Both the position numbers and the translations under genes were made by a program. Below are positions 39,497-48,878 of a stretch of DNA of 64,000 bases, piece by piece (within the stretch, counting starts at the first letter, position 1; each line of letters opens with the position of its first letter). The notes below the pieces were generated by a model. That model was not told where the DNA came from. It saw only the letters and a list, made by a program, of their open reading frames with translations, and searched no databases. Source of the stretch: Rhodobacterales bacterium (GTDB lineage Bacteria; Pseudomonadota; Alphaproteobacteria; Rhodobacterales; Rhodobacteraceae); assembly GCA_031384005.1 (NCBI GenBank), contig JANNAF010000378.1, positions 1,737 to 65,736 of the forward strand. The letters run 5' to 3'.

Positions 39497-42237
39497 TTCG
39501 ATTCTCCTTGCATATTCAGAAGTTTGACTAGGTCCATGGCGTCTGAATCTCCGGCATCGGCGGCGCGTTGTAGCCAGTTGTGGGCAAGGTCGATCGAGGG
39601 CTCGACGCCCACCCCCAGTGAATATGCCTGTGACAGCAGGACCATGGCTTTGGCATCCCCCGCTTCGGAAGCGCGGATCAGCCAGTCTGTTGCGGTGGCA
39701 ATTTGGGCAGGCTTTCTGGCTGCGTCGCCCAGACGGCGCGCATGTTCGCGCATGGCCGCAGGGCTGCCAGCCTCGGCCGCCTTTTCGTACAGGGCGTCAA
39801 GGTCCAGCCGCATGTCCACCGTCACGGCAAGGGCCGGGTTGCGACGGGTCAGCTCTGCCAACAGTTCGGGGATGTCGGTGGGGTCGCTGCGGGCGATCAG
39901 AGTGACGAATAGATCGGCCGCACGTTCAGCGTCATAGCCCGGGTCCCCGCGCACGCCATAAAGCTTGAGCAGCCGTTGCACTGCGGTCTTGCTGCCCAAG
40001 GCGTTGGACCGTTCATAAAGCGCAACCGCAGTCACCAATCCTTCGGCCCCAAGCTGTTCACGCTGCGTGTCGCCCAAAACGACCATCTGCCACTCGTCGT
40101 GACCAGCCAATTCTGCCGCGATGGCCAGCCAGCGGCGCGCCTGTTGTTCATTCCCCAGTTTTCCCCATACTTTGGCAAAGGCAATCGCCTCGGGGAACGC
40201 GCAGCTCATCACCTCGGTGGCCCGAGCGCGGTAGATTTCGCGTTCAGCCGGATCTTGCAGAAAGGGGATCGCCAGCAGCAACGCGCTGAAATCGCCCCGT
40301 TTTGCGATGGCGCCTGCATATTTGGCAAAGACCGCGTCAGGATTGGGATAGCCGACAGGGTCTGCGATTTGCAGCAGCGTCATAGCTTCGCCGATGCCCT
40401 GGGCTGCCAAGGGCTCCAGCAGGGCAAGGGCTTCGGTACGGTTGGCAAGGTCGGGCTTCTGCAACAGGGCCGCCGCCAGTTTCAGCGCGGCACCGGTATC
40501 CCCCAAGGCAATCGCCTTGCTAAACAGGTCAAACGCCGCGTCTTGCTGGGCCGCAGTTCTGGCGCGCGACAGGTCCAGCGTGGCCGAAGCGGTGGTCACC
40601 TCTGGAATGCCTTTAGCATAGCTGAACCAGAATTCAGCGGTAGAGGGGGCGGCTCCGGTGTCCTTCAGGACTGCCAGCATGTTGGCCAGCGGCGTGGCCC
40701 GTCCGGACAGTGCCTGGGTCTGCAGCGCTGCCATGGCCAGCGGGTCAGCCTTTGCGGTCAGGGCTGCCAACATCGCCGGGGTGAAATCCAGCGACGAGGA
40801 GCCGATGGACGCCTCGACATCTTGCCAATAAGCCACCTCGCGCAGATGCGGGGCATCGGGAGCTTTGCACATGAAGGCTTTTTCGACATCGGTCGCAGGG
40901 GCGACTTCGCCAAGGTTTGAAACCATCTGGATCAGCGGGTCAACGGCGGAATAAAACTGGGCTTCGGTCTGTGCCAGACCCATATCTGCCTGCGACAGGG
41001 CGTGGATGGCGGACGGATCCTGACGTTTGGCAGCTTCGACCCAAAGGGGACGAGCGGCTGCCTGACCTTGCCAGCGGCCCTGATCCTGCAGGATCAGGCC
41101 AGCCTGTTTGGCAAATGCCCATCCGGGGGCATCAGGCAGGGCGGTCAGACGCTGCAGCGCGTCCAGATAGTCCGGGCGCAGGTCGGGCTGAGCTTTCAGC
41201 CGCGCTTCCAAAGAGTTGGAGAGGCGGACCAGAGCGGCATGATCCCCCATGGCCGCGGCCCTTTGATACAGGTCAAGGGCCGCAGGGATGTCTTGTGGGG
41301 CAAGCGCTCCAACCTCCAGAATGCGGCCAAGTGTGACCATGGCATAGGGCAGCCCACCTTGCGCCGCCTTGGTAAGATAGGTCATCAGGACTGAGTTGTC
41401 CTTGACCACCAGTTCGGACTGCATTTGGTATTCCACCACACGCCAGGCCGAGATGGGGTCGCCCAGATCGGCGGCAAATCGGTACCAACGCATCGCCATG
41501 GCGTTGTCGGCGGTCACGATCGTGCCTGCAGTGTATTCGCGGGCGATGCGGGCGATGCGGTCACAGATCAGCGGGTCCATCTGCCCAACCAATGCGCCAA
41601 AGGCCATGGTGACCGCCAGATCGGGTGTGATGTCCCAACCTGCCGGGGCGCTCCCCGCCACACTTAGCCGCGTTAGGGCCAGCAGGGCATCGGCATTTCC
41701 GCCATAGCCCGCCGTCACCAGCAGGTCAGTGCCTCGGGCAGGGTCGCGGGCGATGCCCGTGCCTTCAGTGACAAGGCCCGACAGCACAAACTGCATGCGC
41801 GATGACGCTTCGTCGCTGTTCGCCAGCAGTTTGGCAACCAGCCCGGCGTCGGCCAAGGCGTTGAGCTGTCCTATGGCAATCATCTGGGTGATTTGAGCCA
41901 ACAAAACGTCATCGGCGGTAAATTTTGGCGACGCCTTGGCCAAGGCCAGAATGGCCTTTTGGATGGTCGCGTCCCAGGCCACCGCGTCCATCTCGGCCAG
42001 ACGTCGCAGGTCGCGGGTGATCAGGCTGGTCTCGCGGTCGGGCAAGGTCTTGCCGTCCCATGCGCCCCAAAAGGCGGTCAGTTCGGCATCTGGGGCGCGT
42101 GCCTGACAAATCGGCTGCACCACCATGTCAGGAGGCGCAAAGTCAAGCGTCAGGGTCTGGGTCGTTTGGACTTGCGCCTGCACCGCCGTTGCAGCGCAGA
42201 TCAGAGCAGCGGTTGTTGCCCAACTGAACATGGTCAT
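39493..42237 (-). CDS. Large periplasmic Sel1/TPR repeat protein (possible AlgK-like scaffold)
   Basis: Signal peptide; Sel1 repeats AMRWYRFAADLGD, LYQRAAAMGD, WLQRAADAGD. Confidence 0.75.
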   Translation of the reverse strand: MTMFSWATTAALICAATAVQAQVQTTQTLTLDFAPPDMVVQPICQARAPDAELTAFWGAWDGKTLPDRETSLITRDLRRLAEMDAVAWDATIQKAILALAKASPKFTADDVLLAQITQMIAIGQLNALADAGLVAKLLANSDEASSRMQFVLSGLVTEGTGIARDPARGTDLLVTAGYGGNADALLALTRLSVAGSAPAGWDITPDLAVTMAFGALVGQMDPLICDRIARIAREYTAGTIVTADNAMAMRWYRFAADLGDPISAWRVVEYQMQSELVVKDNSVLMTYLTKAAQGGLPYAMVTLGRILEVGALAPQDIPAALDLYQRAAAMGDHAALVRLSNSLEARLKAQPDLRPDYLDALQRLTALPDAPGWAFAKQAGLILQDQGRWQGQAAARPLWVEAAKRQDPSAIHALSQADMGLAQTEAQFYSAVDPLIQMVSNLGEVAPATDVEKAFMCKAPDAPHLREVAYWQDVEASIGSSSLDFTPAMLAALTAKADPLAMAALQTQALSGRATPLANMLAVLKDTGAAPSTAEFWFSYAKGIPEVTTASATLDLSRARTAAQQDAAFDLFSKAIALGDTGAALKLAAALLQKPDLANRTEALALLEPLAAQGIGEAMTLLQIADPVGYPNPDAVFAKYAGAIAKRGDFSALLLAIPFLQDPAEREIYRARATEVMSCAFPEAIAFAKVWGKLGNEQQARRWLAIAAELAGHDEWQMVVLGDTQREQLGAEGLVTAVALYERSNALGSKTAVQRLLKLYGVRGDPGYDAERAADLFVTLIARSDPTDIPELLAELTRRNPALAVTVDMRLDLDALYEKAAEAGSPAAMREHARRLGDAARKPAQIATATDWLIRASEAGDAKAMVLLSQAYSLGVGVEPSIDLAHNWLQRAADAGDSDAMDLVKLLNMQGESN

Positions 42238-42254
42238 TGCATCCTCCTTCCCTA

Positions 42255-42869
42255 CTATTTGGCGTAGGTGTTTTGCGTGCTGTAGGCTGTGTAGGTCCCG
42301 GCGGTGCCGGAAAAGATCACGGTCACACCTGCGCGCCGCTCCATCGCGATGCCTGGCAATAGGGCCAATGTTTTTCCCCCGGATTGCACTTCGAAATCCA
42401 ACGTCAACGGAGCCTTCAGGCTGACCTGCCGTGACGTGCCGGGGGCGATATCTTTCAGCGCCATGGCCGAGACGGCAGGCACATACAGATCGACCAATGG
42501 CAGGTCCGAGTCGTTGTAGAACACCAGATCTGCCTTGGCCGGGCTGTTGGTAATCATGTCCTGCATCATGTGCATGGCCCCGTCCGCACCAGGTGCAAAG
42601 GTGTAAAAGGATGCCGGGGCGATCTCGCCCTTTCCTTCATGGCTGCCGACCGCGACCGCTATGGGGCCGGGGGCGACCAATAGAAACGGCGTCACACCGC
42701 CCTTGAAATTGTCAAAGGTTGTGCCGTTGATCACGGCCAAAGTCTCACCCGGGGCCACGACCCGCACGAAAGAGGAGGTCGGGTCGGCGGGGGCCTCGTA
42801 CAGGTCTTGGGCGATGGCCTGAATTGGAAGGGCAACGAGGGACAGCAGAAAAAGCGTTTTGATGGTCAT
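42255..42869 (-). CDS. algF: Alginate O-acetyltransferase AlgF
   Basis: Signal peptide plus LYEAPADPTSSFVRV; KADLVFYN. Confidence 0.8.
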   Translation of the reverse strand: MTIKTLFLLSLVALPIQAIAQDLYEAPADPTSSFVRVVAPGETLAVINGTTFDNFKGGVTPFLLVAPGPIAVAVGSHEGKGEIAPASFYTFAPGADGAMHMMQDMITNSPAKADLVFYNDSDLPLVDLYVPAVSAMALKDIAPGTSRQVSLKAPLTLDFEVQSGGKTLALLPGIAMERRAGVTVIFSGTAGTYTAYSTQNTYAK

Positions 42870-44164
42870 GACGGTTCCTTTCCGGAACGGCAGAGCGACA
42901 GCGTCGTGTCAGCACTGACAGGGTGATCGAATGTGACTGAAAGGGTTTGCAGATCGGGGTGCCACAGCGTGCCCAATGATTTGAAGAACCGCCCCGAGGC
43001 TAGAACGCGGTCGCCGCGCTGAATCATCGCGGTGCGGGTGATGCCCGACGCGGTGACAAAGCGGAAATCCGCGCGACGCCCGCCATTCACGCCCAGATCG
43101 GCCAGGATTGAGGCGTCCGGTTGCAGGTTGAGTCCGGTGAGATCAGCCGTCAGGGTGTTCGGATCGGTCTTTTCTACGCTCAGTTGCAGAGTGCACGAAT
43201 CGCTTGCGGCAGCGATCAGCTCTTCCATGGGGTCGGGGCCGAACTGGGCAAGGTTGTTATAGATCGGGTTTTCCCAGATCAAAAACCGTGGTCTGGCCTC
43301 CGCGAAATCGCGTGAGATCAGGTATGACGTGATGGCTCCGAACTGATTGCCCCCGGTGACCGCATAGTTCTGTACTTCCAGCCCGGTGGTTTGCGCCATA
43401 TAGCCCGCAAAGTTTGCCAGTGGCGCGTCGGAAAAAGACGTGCCGACCAGCACAATCTGCGGCGCAACATCGCTCGCAAAGATATCCGCAACGGCGGCGG
43501 GATCGGTGGATTTGACGGTCGTTTGCGCCTGCGCCTCGACCCGTGGCAATTCAGACTGGCAAAAGCTTTGCAAGGTACGGCGCATCGTCGAGAATGAGGC
43601 TGTCACTGGCCCCGGAGTTGTCAGGTATTCTGCCTGCGGCAAGTCGGCATAATACGGTTGCGCCTTGATTTCCGCCGCGATGGCATTGGCAGCGCGCAGC
43701 GCACCGGCCGCAGTCCAATGGAAGTCAGTCTTGAAGAAGGGAGGTGCGTCGGGTTCAGACTTGCTCAATGCCGCCAGAATGTCGGGTGCGATTATGCCCT
43801 GTGCGGACAATCGGGTAATGATATCGTCGTACACCAGGACCGCAGTGGCGCGATCAAACAGGTAGTCCGCGGCCACTGCAGGCAACTGGTCAGGCATGAC
43901 CTCGGCCTTGGTCGGGATGGCAACATAGATCAGGGTTGTGCCCCCGGTCGCCAAAGCGGCGGACAGGGCGGCCATGCGGGCAATCACCGGGTCCTCCATT
44001 GGATGACGCATTCGCAAATCTGCCAAGACGCGGTAAAAGGTGCCATCTTGGCCCTCGACTGACGGCAGGGCCGATTGTGTGGCGGTAAAGGCGCACCCGA
44101 AGGCGGAGGTTTCTGCGGCAATAGGGGTTGCCAGCAATGCGGCAACGGCAAGGTAAGGGATCAT
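42866..44164 (-). CDS. algX: Alginate O-acetyltransferase AlgX-like (SGNH plus C-terminal module)
   Basis: FFKTDFHWT, LVGTSFS, PRFLIWENP; C-terminal extension. Confidence 0.8.
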   Translation of the reverse strand: MIPYLAVAALLATPIAAETSAFGCAFTATQSALPSVEGQDGTFYRVLADLRMRHPMEDPVIARMAALSAALATGGTTLIYVAIPTKAEVMPDQLPAVAADYLFDRATAVLVYDDIITRLSAQGIIAPDILAALSKSEPDAPPFFKTDFHWTAAGALRAANAIAAEIKAQPYYADLPQAEYLTTPGPVTASFSTMRRTLQSFCQSELPRVEAQAQTTVKSTDPAAVADIFASDVAPQIVLVGTSFSDAPLANFAGYMAQTTGLEVQNYAVTGGNQFGAITSYLISRDFAEARPRFLIWENPIYNNLAQFGPDPMEELIAAASDSCTLQLSVEKTDPNTLTADLTGLNLQPDASILADLGVNGGRRADFRFVTASGITRTAMIQRGDRVLASGRFFKSLGTLWHPDLQTLSVTFDHPVSADTTLSLCRSGKEPS

Positions 44165-44898
44165 GGCGCGGCCTTTGTGGCAATGGTTGCGGGGGTGTCC
44201 AAAAGTCGCAACAGGTTTTGTGCGGTAACCTGCGCCGACAGGTTGTCGCTGTTTGCGGCAAGGGTCAGGGCGGCGCGTGCGCCAACATGGTCAAGTGCGG
44301 TGTCGGCAGGGTCAGTGATCAGCACGATGCCCAGTTTCAGCGCGGCGAGAGGATCGTTTTGGCCCGCCATTGCCAGAAAATGCTGCGCCTGCATCAGGTC
44401 GCGGCCAAACGGCACACCTTCGGAATACATCTGACCCAGTACTTGAGCCGCCTTTGCATTGCCGCTGATCGCCTGAATGGTCAGGGCGTTCAGGCTTTGC
44501 TGCAGCAGGCTTGGGCCATAGTCGTCGCCTTCTGCCACCAAAAGCTTGGCCAGCGGGGCCACGGCAAAGGCGCGACCCGTATAAGCGGCGATGGCATAGT
44601 AATGCGCGGCCGCGCCTGCCTTGGCGGGCGGAACGCTGGCTTGCAACAGCTTGCCATAGCGATAGGCCGCCAGCCCGTCGCCTGCATCCGCCAAGGCGCG
44701 CAATTGGCTGGTCGTGACATTTCCACCTGAAACCATGCGTTTGCGTGCGGCCTGCAATGCCGCACTGGGCAGATCGCGGGTATGCGTGACCTTGTTGTCA
44801 AAGACGAAATCCACCTGAACCAGGTCTGCCGGGGGCGGCTCGGCCAGGGCACCAAGAGGCAGCGACAAAAACAGCATGACTATCAACGATTTACCCAT
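44161..44898 (-). CDS. Periplasmic Sel1-repeat protein
   Basis: Signal peptide; LRALADAGDGLAA, GNAKAAQVLGQMYSEGVPFGRD. Confidence 0.7.
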   Translation of the reverse strand: MGKSLIVMLFLSLPLGALAEPPPADLVQVDFVFDNKVTHTRDLPSAALQAARKRMVSGGNVTTSQLRALADAGDGLAAYRYGKLLQASVPPAKAGAAAHYYAIAAYTGRAFAVAPLAKLLVAEGDDYGPSLLQQSLNALTIQAISGNAKAAQVLGQMYSEGVPFGRDLMQAQHFLAMAGQNDPLAALKLGIVLITDPADTALDHVGARAALTLAANSDNLSAQVTAQNLLRLLDTPATIATKAAP

Positions 44899-45994
44899 TG
44901 GAGGCCACCGCGCTGGCGTCACTGCCCGCCAAAGGTGAGGTTGCAGGATTGCTGGGCCACAGGTTGGGGTCGGTCAGGTAACGGACAGGAAATTCCCAAA
45001 TCACCACTTGGGCCGGAGTGTCGCGAAACTCGTTACCCTGCAGATAGGTTTGCATCGGTCTGACCGGGCCCAGACCGACTTCAGCATGGTTCACAACCTC
45101 GCGGCCCAAGGCGCGGGTTAGGGCATCCGCAAAACCCCAATCGGGATTTGCGCTGTAACTGGTGCCGATCAACACGATATCCACCAGCGCCTCGCCAAAA
45201 ATGTCGCCGGGGGCGGCGTCTGCGGTTATGGGGGTCAGCGTTACCTTTTCGGGCAACAGCCCGATCATGGGGGCCAAACTATCCTCGGTGACATAGCGGA
45301 TCAGATCGCCCGTCAGGGGTTTGGCGCTGCCATGTCCGGTGGTATAGGTCAGCGGCCCCTGCGGCAATTCGGCCGCAACCGCACCCGTGGCCTGCGCCGC
45401 GCCAAACGGGGTCCAATGCGTGTCGGTAGCAAAAAACACTGGCTTTTCCTGACCCATCATAGCCTGGCGCAGGTCTATGGCCGTAATCCCTGCGGCACGC
45501 AGGTCTGTCAGGAATGCGGCGTGCAGCCCGGCCATGGCATCCGAAAGCGCCGGGTCGGGTGACTTGGCGCTTTCCACGTCGATCTTGGCGGGCAGCGCCA
45601 AAAGCACCAGTTGCGTCCCTTGTGCCGCCAACAGGGTTTGCACGTTCTTGATCTTCTGGATGGTTGCCCGCAATTCCTCGGCACCAGGCAGTGGCCGCGT
45701 TTCTTCACTGGTGAACAACCAGCCATCACGGCCCACCAAGGCGCCATGGCGCGCCTCTCCCAGCACGGCATACCGGACAGCGCCGATCACGCCAAACGAT
45801 GGGCCAAAATGGGGCAAGGTGGTTTTGTACTGCTGCTCGAAATCGCGGGTTAACCCGCCGGCCAGCAGATCGGCGCGCGGCAGGGTCAGGGGCGTGGGGG
45901 GGCCTGTCAGAACCGACAGGTTTGCAGCAAAGCCATAGCCGAACAAGAGCAGCGGCAAGACAAGGCGAACAGCATGGAAAGGGGGACGCATCAT
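44891..45994 (-). CDS. algJ: Alginate O-acetyltransferase AlgJ-like
   Basis: N-terminal TM, GRDGWLFTSEE, FFATDTHWTPFG, LIGTSYS, VVIWEFPVRY. Confidence 0.85.
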   Translation of the reverse strand: MMRPPFHAVRLVLPLLLFGYGFAANLSVLTGPPTPLTLPRADLLAGGLTRDFEQQYKTTLPHFGPSFGVIGAVRYAVLGEARHGALVGRDGWLFTSEETRPLPGAEELRATIQKIKNVQTLLAAQGTQLVLLALPAKIDVESAKSPDPALSDAMAGLHAAFLTDLRAAGITAIDLRQAMMGQEKPVFFATDTHWTPFGAAQATGAVAAELPQGPLTYTTGHGSAKPLTGDLIRYVTEDSLAPMIGLLPEKVTLTPITADAAPGDIFGEALVDIVLIGTSYSANPDWGFADALTRALGREVVNHAEVGLGPVRPMQTYLQGNEFRDTPAQVVIWEFPVRYLTDPNLWPSNPATSPLAGSDASAVASNG

Positions 45995-45999
45995 GGCAC

Positions 46000-47418
46000 C
46001 TAAAACTGGAAATAGAGAAAGGGAGAGAAGCTTTGTTCGGCCATCTTCATCAGGGTCAAGGTGGCCAGCAGGCTCAGCAAGGCTGCCGGAACCACGGTGT
46101 TGACCCAACCCAAAGCAGCGTCACCGGGGGTCAGATGCGCGGCGGCAAAGCGGTTCAGGCGCGGCTCATAGGTGGCAAAGGCGATGGCAAGCGCAAGGAA
46201 GATAAGGCTTTCCCGCGTGATCTGCAGTGCCACGTCCGGGGCAGTTGCCCAGCCGTTCAGACCGATCATCCCGGCATAGATGCCGCCTGCCTGTACCGGA
46301 TCGACGGCGCGGAACATCACCCAGCCAAGCAGAACGATCAGCAATGTCGAAACGAGGGCGAAGCCGGTTTTGCCCTGCGCCCGACCGGTTGCCCGTTCCG
46401 CCGCCAGCCAGCCGCCATGCCACAGCCCCCACAGCACGAAGGTCATGTTGGCCCCGTGCCACAACCCTCCCAGCAGCATCACCAGCATCAGGTTTACATA
46501 GGTGCGCGCCGCGCCCAACCGATTGCCACCCAAGGGAATGTACAGATAATCGCGCAACCAGACCGATAGGCTGATATGCCAGCGCCGCCAGAACTCGGTG
46601 ATCGAACGGCTGACATAGGGCGTGTCAAAATTGGGCCGGAAGTGAAAGCCGATCATCAGGCCAAGACCGATGGCCATATCGGAATAGCCCGAAAAGTCGA
46701 AATACAGCTGCATCATGTAGCCGACAGCACCCAACCACGACACCACCATTGAGGGATTGTCGGTGGCAAAGGCCAGATTGGCCAAGGGGGCGACCGTATC
46801 CGCCAGCAGCACCTTTTTGGCCAGACCGATGGCAAACAGCGTAGTGCCGTCGATGAACAGGGGCAAGGAGTGGGTGCGATGGGCGAATTGGTGGGTCAAA
46901 TCCTTGAACCGCAGGATGGGTCCGGCAACCAGTTGCGGGAACAGTGCGATAAAGGCAGCAAAGTCGAAAAAGCGGGTCGTCGCCTCGGCATCCTTGCGGT
47001 AAACATCGACCAGATAGCTGACGGCGTGAAACACATAGAATGACACGCCAATCGGCAGGATCAGCCGCCAATGCACGCCAAGACCTGCGGCGTCAGTGCC
47101 CCAAAGCGCGGCAAAACTGTCGATAAAGAAATTCAGGTACTTGAACACGCCCAGCACCGCCAGACAGCCCGTCAGCCCGATGATCAGATAGGCCCGCGCG
47201 GCAGATTGGCTGCGCGCTGTACCGATGCGGCGGCCCAGGGCGTATGTCCACAGCGTCGTTGCAAACAGCAGCGCCAGGTAATCGACCCGCCACCAGCCGT
47301 AAAAGGCGTAAGAGCCGATCAGAATAGTAACCGATCTGAACCGCATAGGGGTCAGGTAGTACACGGCCAAAAATAGCGGCAGAAACAGAAACAGAAAGGT
47401 TTCAGAAGAAAAGACCAT
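46000..47418 (-). CDS. algI: MBOAT alginate O-acetyltransferase AlgI
   Basis: MVFSSETFLFLFLP, PQLVAGPI, DFSGYSDMAIG, SITEFWRRWHISLS, GLWHGA, SPFLYFQF. Confidence 0.93.
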   Translation of the reverse strand: MVFSSETFLFLFLPLFLAVYYLTPMRFRSVTILIGSYAFYGWWRVDYLALLFATTLWTYALGRRIGTARSQSAARAYLIIGLTGCLAVLGVFKYLNFFIDSFAALWGTDAAGLGVHWRLILPIGVSFYVFHAVSYLVDVYRKDAEATTRFFDFAAFIALFPQLVAGPILRFKDLTHQFAHRTHSLPLFIDGTTLFAIGLAKKVLLADTVAPLANLAFATDNPSMVVSWLGAVGYMMQLYFDFSGYSDMAIGLGLMIGFHFRPNFDTPYVSRSITEFWRRWHISLSVWLRDYLYIPLGGNRLGAARTYVNLMLVMLLGGLWHGANMTFVLWGLWHGGWLAAERATGRAQGKTGFALVSTLLIVLLGWVMFRAVDPVQAGGIYAGMIGLNGWATAPDVALQITRESLIFLALAIAFATYEPRLNRFAAAHLTPGDAALGWVNTVVPAALLSLLATLTLMKMAEQSFSPFLYFQF

Positions 47419-48878
47419 CAGAATTTCCCTTCATCGGGGCAAACGGGGATAGGGTCAAACTGTAGACGGGTGGGGCCATGGCTGCGGCGTTCCTCCAGCC
47501 AGGCGATGGTGCGGGGCGACAGGTCGCCCGAAAACAGGCGGGGCAACTGGCCCTCCAGATCATTGCCGGTCACGGTCAGGCTGCCCGCAGTGGCACCGCG
47601 CAACCCCTCGTGATTGCCGGCAAACTGATTGCCGGTGACTTTCACGCTGGCCTTGTCTCCTTGGCCGCGCAGCAGGATCCCCGAGCCCAGATTGTCCAGA
47701 ATGGCATTGCCGGCGATGGCAACGCGCCCGGTTCCAGACAAGGATATGCCAGAGCCACCGCCCAGCACGGTCATATTCCCCGTAACGTCGGCGCATTCCA
47801 CGTTGTCCAGCCTGATGCCGCTGGTGTCCTGACCCGCAAGAACATTGCCTGACAAGGTGATGCGCCGGCTGGCCTGATCGGCCGAAATGCCCACCGGTGC
47901 CCCCAGGATGATGTTGTCAGCGACCAGCGTCTGAACCGAGCCGCTGGTAATGCGGATGGCAGCAGTGGTTGCGCCGTTCAGCAGGTTGTCGGTCACAGTG
48001 GTGTTGACGGAATGGGCAATCATGATGCCGCTGCCAGTCATGGTGTTGGCCGTTGCCGTTGCAGACCGAGTGCTGATCAGTGCCAATGCCCTGACATCGG
48101 TAAAGTGGCTTGCAGAGATGATCGGCGGTGTCGCAGGGGGCTCCAAGCCGGAATTGTCAACAGACACCCCGCCAAAACGCGGCGTTTCCCCAAAGCCCAA
48201 ATGGTCAAAATTTGCATTCGATACGGTCAGGCTGCCCCTGCCCGCCGTCAGCACAAAGGGGCGAAAGCCCGGCTCGCCGACATTGGCGGCCTGGCTGCCG
48301 CTGACCGATGCGCCGTCAATATTCAGCCAGCCGAGGTTTGCCAGAAAACTGCCATCCGCCCGGCTGAGGATCAGACTGTCGCCAGGTGATAGCGTAAGCC
48401 CCGCATCCGACCACAAGACCAGAGCGCGGGTCAAGGTCACGCCCTGTGGGCCACCGGTGACAAATGCGGCCGCAGCAGAGGATGCCATCAAGGACTGCAA
48501 TTCGGCCAGAGTGACATACCCGCCACGCAACAAGACCACCTGATGCACGCCAGCTGCCTGAGCACGCGCCAAGGCAAGATGGTCCTTGGCCCCGGTCTGT
48601 ACGGCGATTTGTGCCAGCAAAAGGCGCATGTCCACCAACTCAATCACCGCCGCTCCGCCGGTCACAAACGTGGTTTGGCTTGGGGGCAGGGTGATGCCCG
48701 CCGCGGTCAGGCCGAACCGGGCCTTCAATGCCTGTGCGACCGTCTGGGCCTCGGTTACGCTTTGGGACATTGTCAATGCGGCCAGCGCCGCATCGATTTC
48801 GGCACCGCGCGGCGTGGCTTGGGCCGCAGTTGCAACCAGCATGGCCAGCATTGGCCACATTAGGGGGCACCTAATCAT
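47418..48878 (-). CDS. algG: AlgG-like periplasmic beta-helix protein (lacks the DPHD epimerase motif)
   Basis: LILSRADGSFLANLG, FRPFVL, HLGFG resemble the AlgG N-half; beta-helix C-half; operon position. Confidence 0.65.
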   Translation of the reverse strand: MIRCPLMWPMLAMLVATAAQATPRGAEIDAALAALTMSQSVTEAQTVAQALKARFGLTAAGITLPPSQTTFVTGGAAVIELVDMRLLLAQIAVQTGAKDHLALARAQAAGVHQVVLLRGGYVTLAELQSLMASSAAAAFVTGGPQGVTLTRALVLWSDAGLTLSPGDSLILSRADGSFLANLGWLNIDGASVSGSQAANVGEPGFRPFVLTAGRGSLTVSNANFDHLGFGETPRFGGVSVDNSGLEPPATPPIISASHFTDVRALALISTRSATATANTMTGSGIMIAHSVNTTVTDNLLNGATTAAIRITSGSVQTLVADNIILGAPVGISADQASRRITLSGNVLAGQDTSGIRLDNVECADVTGNMTVLGGGSGISLSGTGRVAIAGNAILDNLGSGILLRGQGDKASVKVTGNQFAGNHEGLRGATAGSLTVTGNDLEGQLPRLFSGDLSPRTIAWLEERRSHGPTRLQFDPIPVCPDEGKF

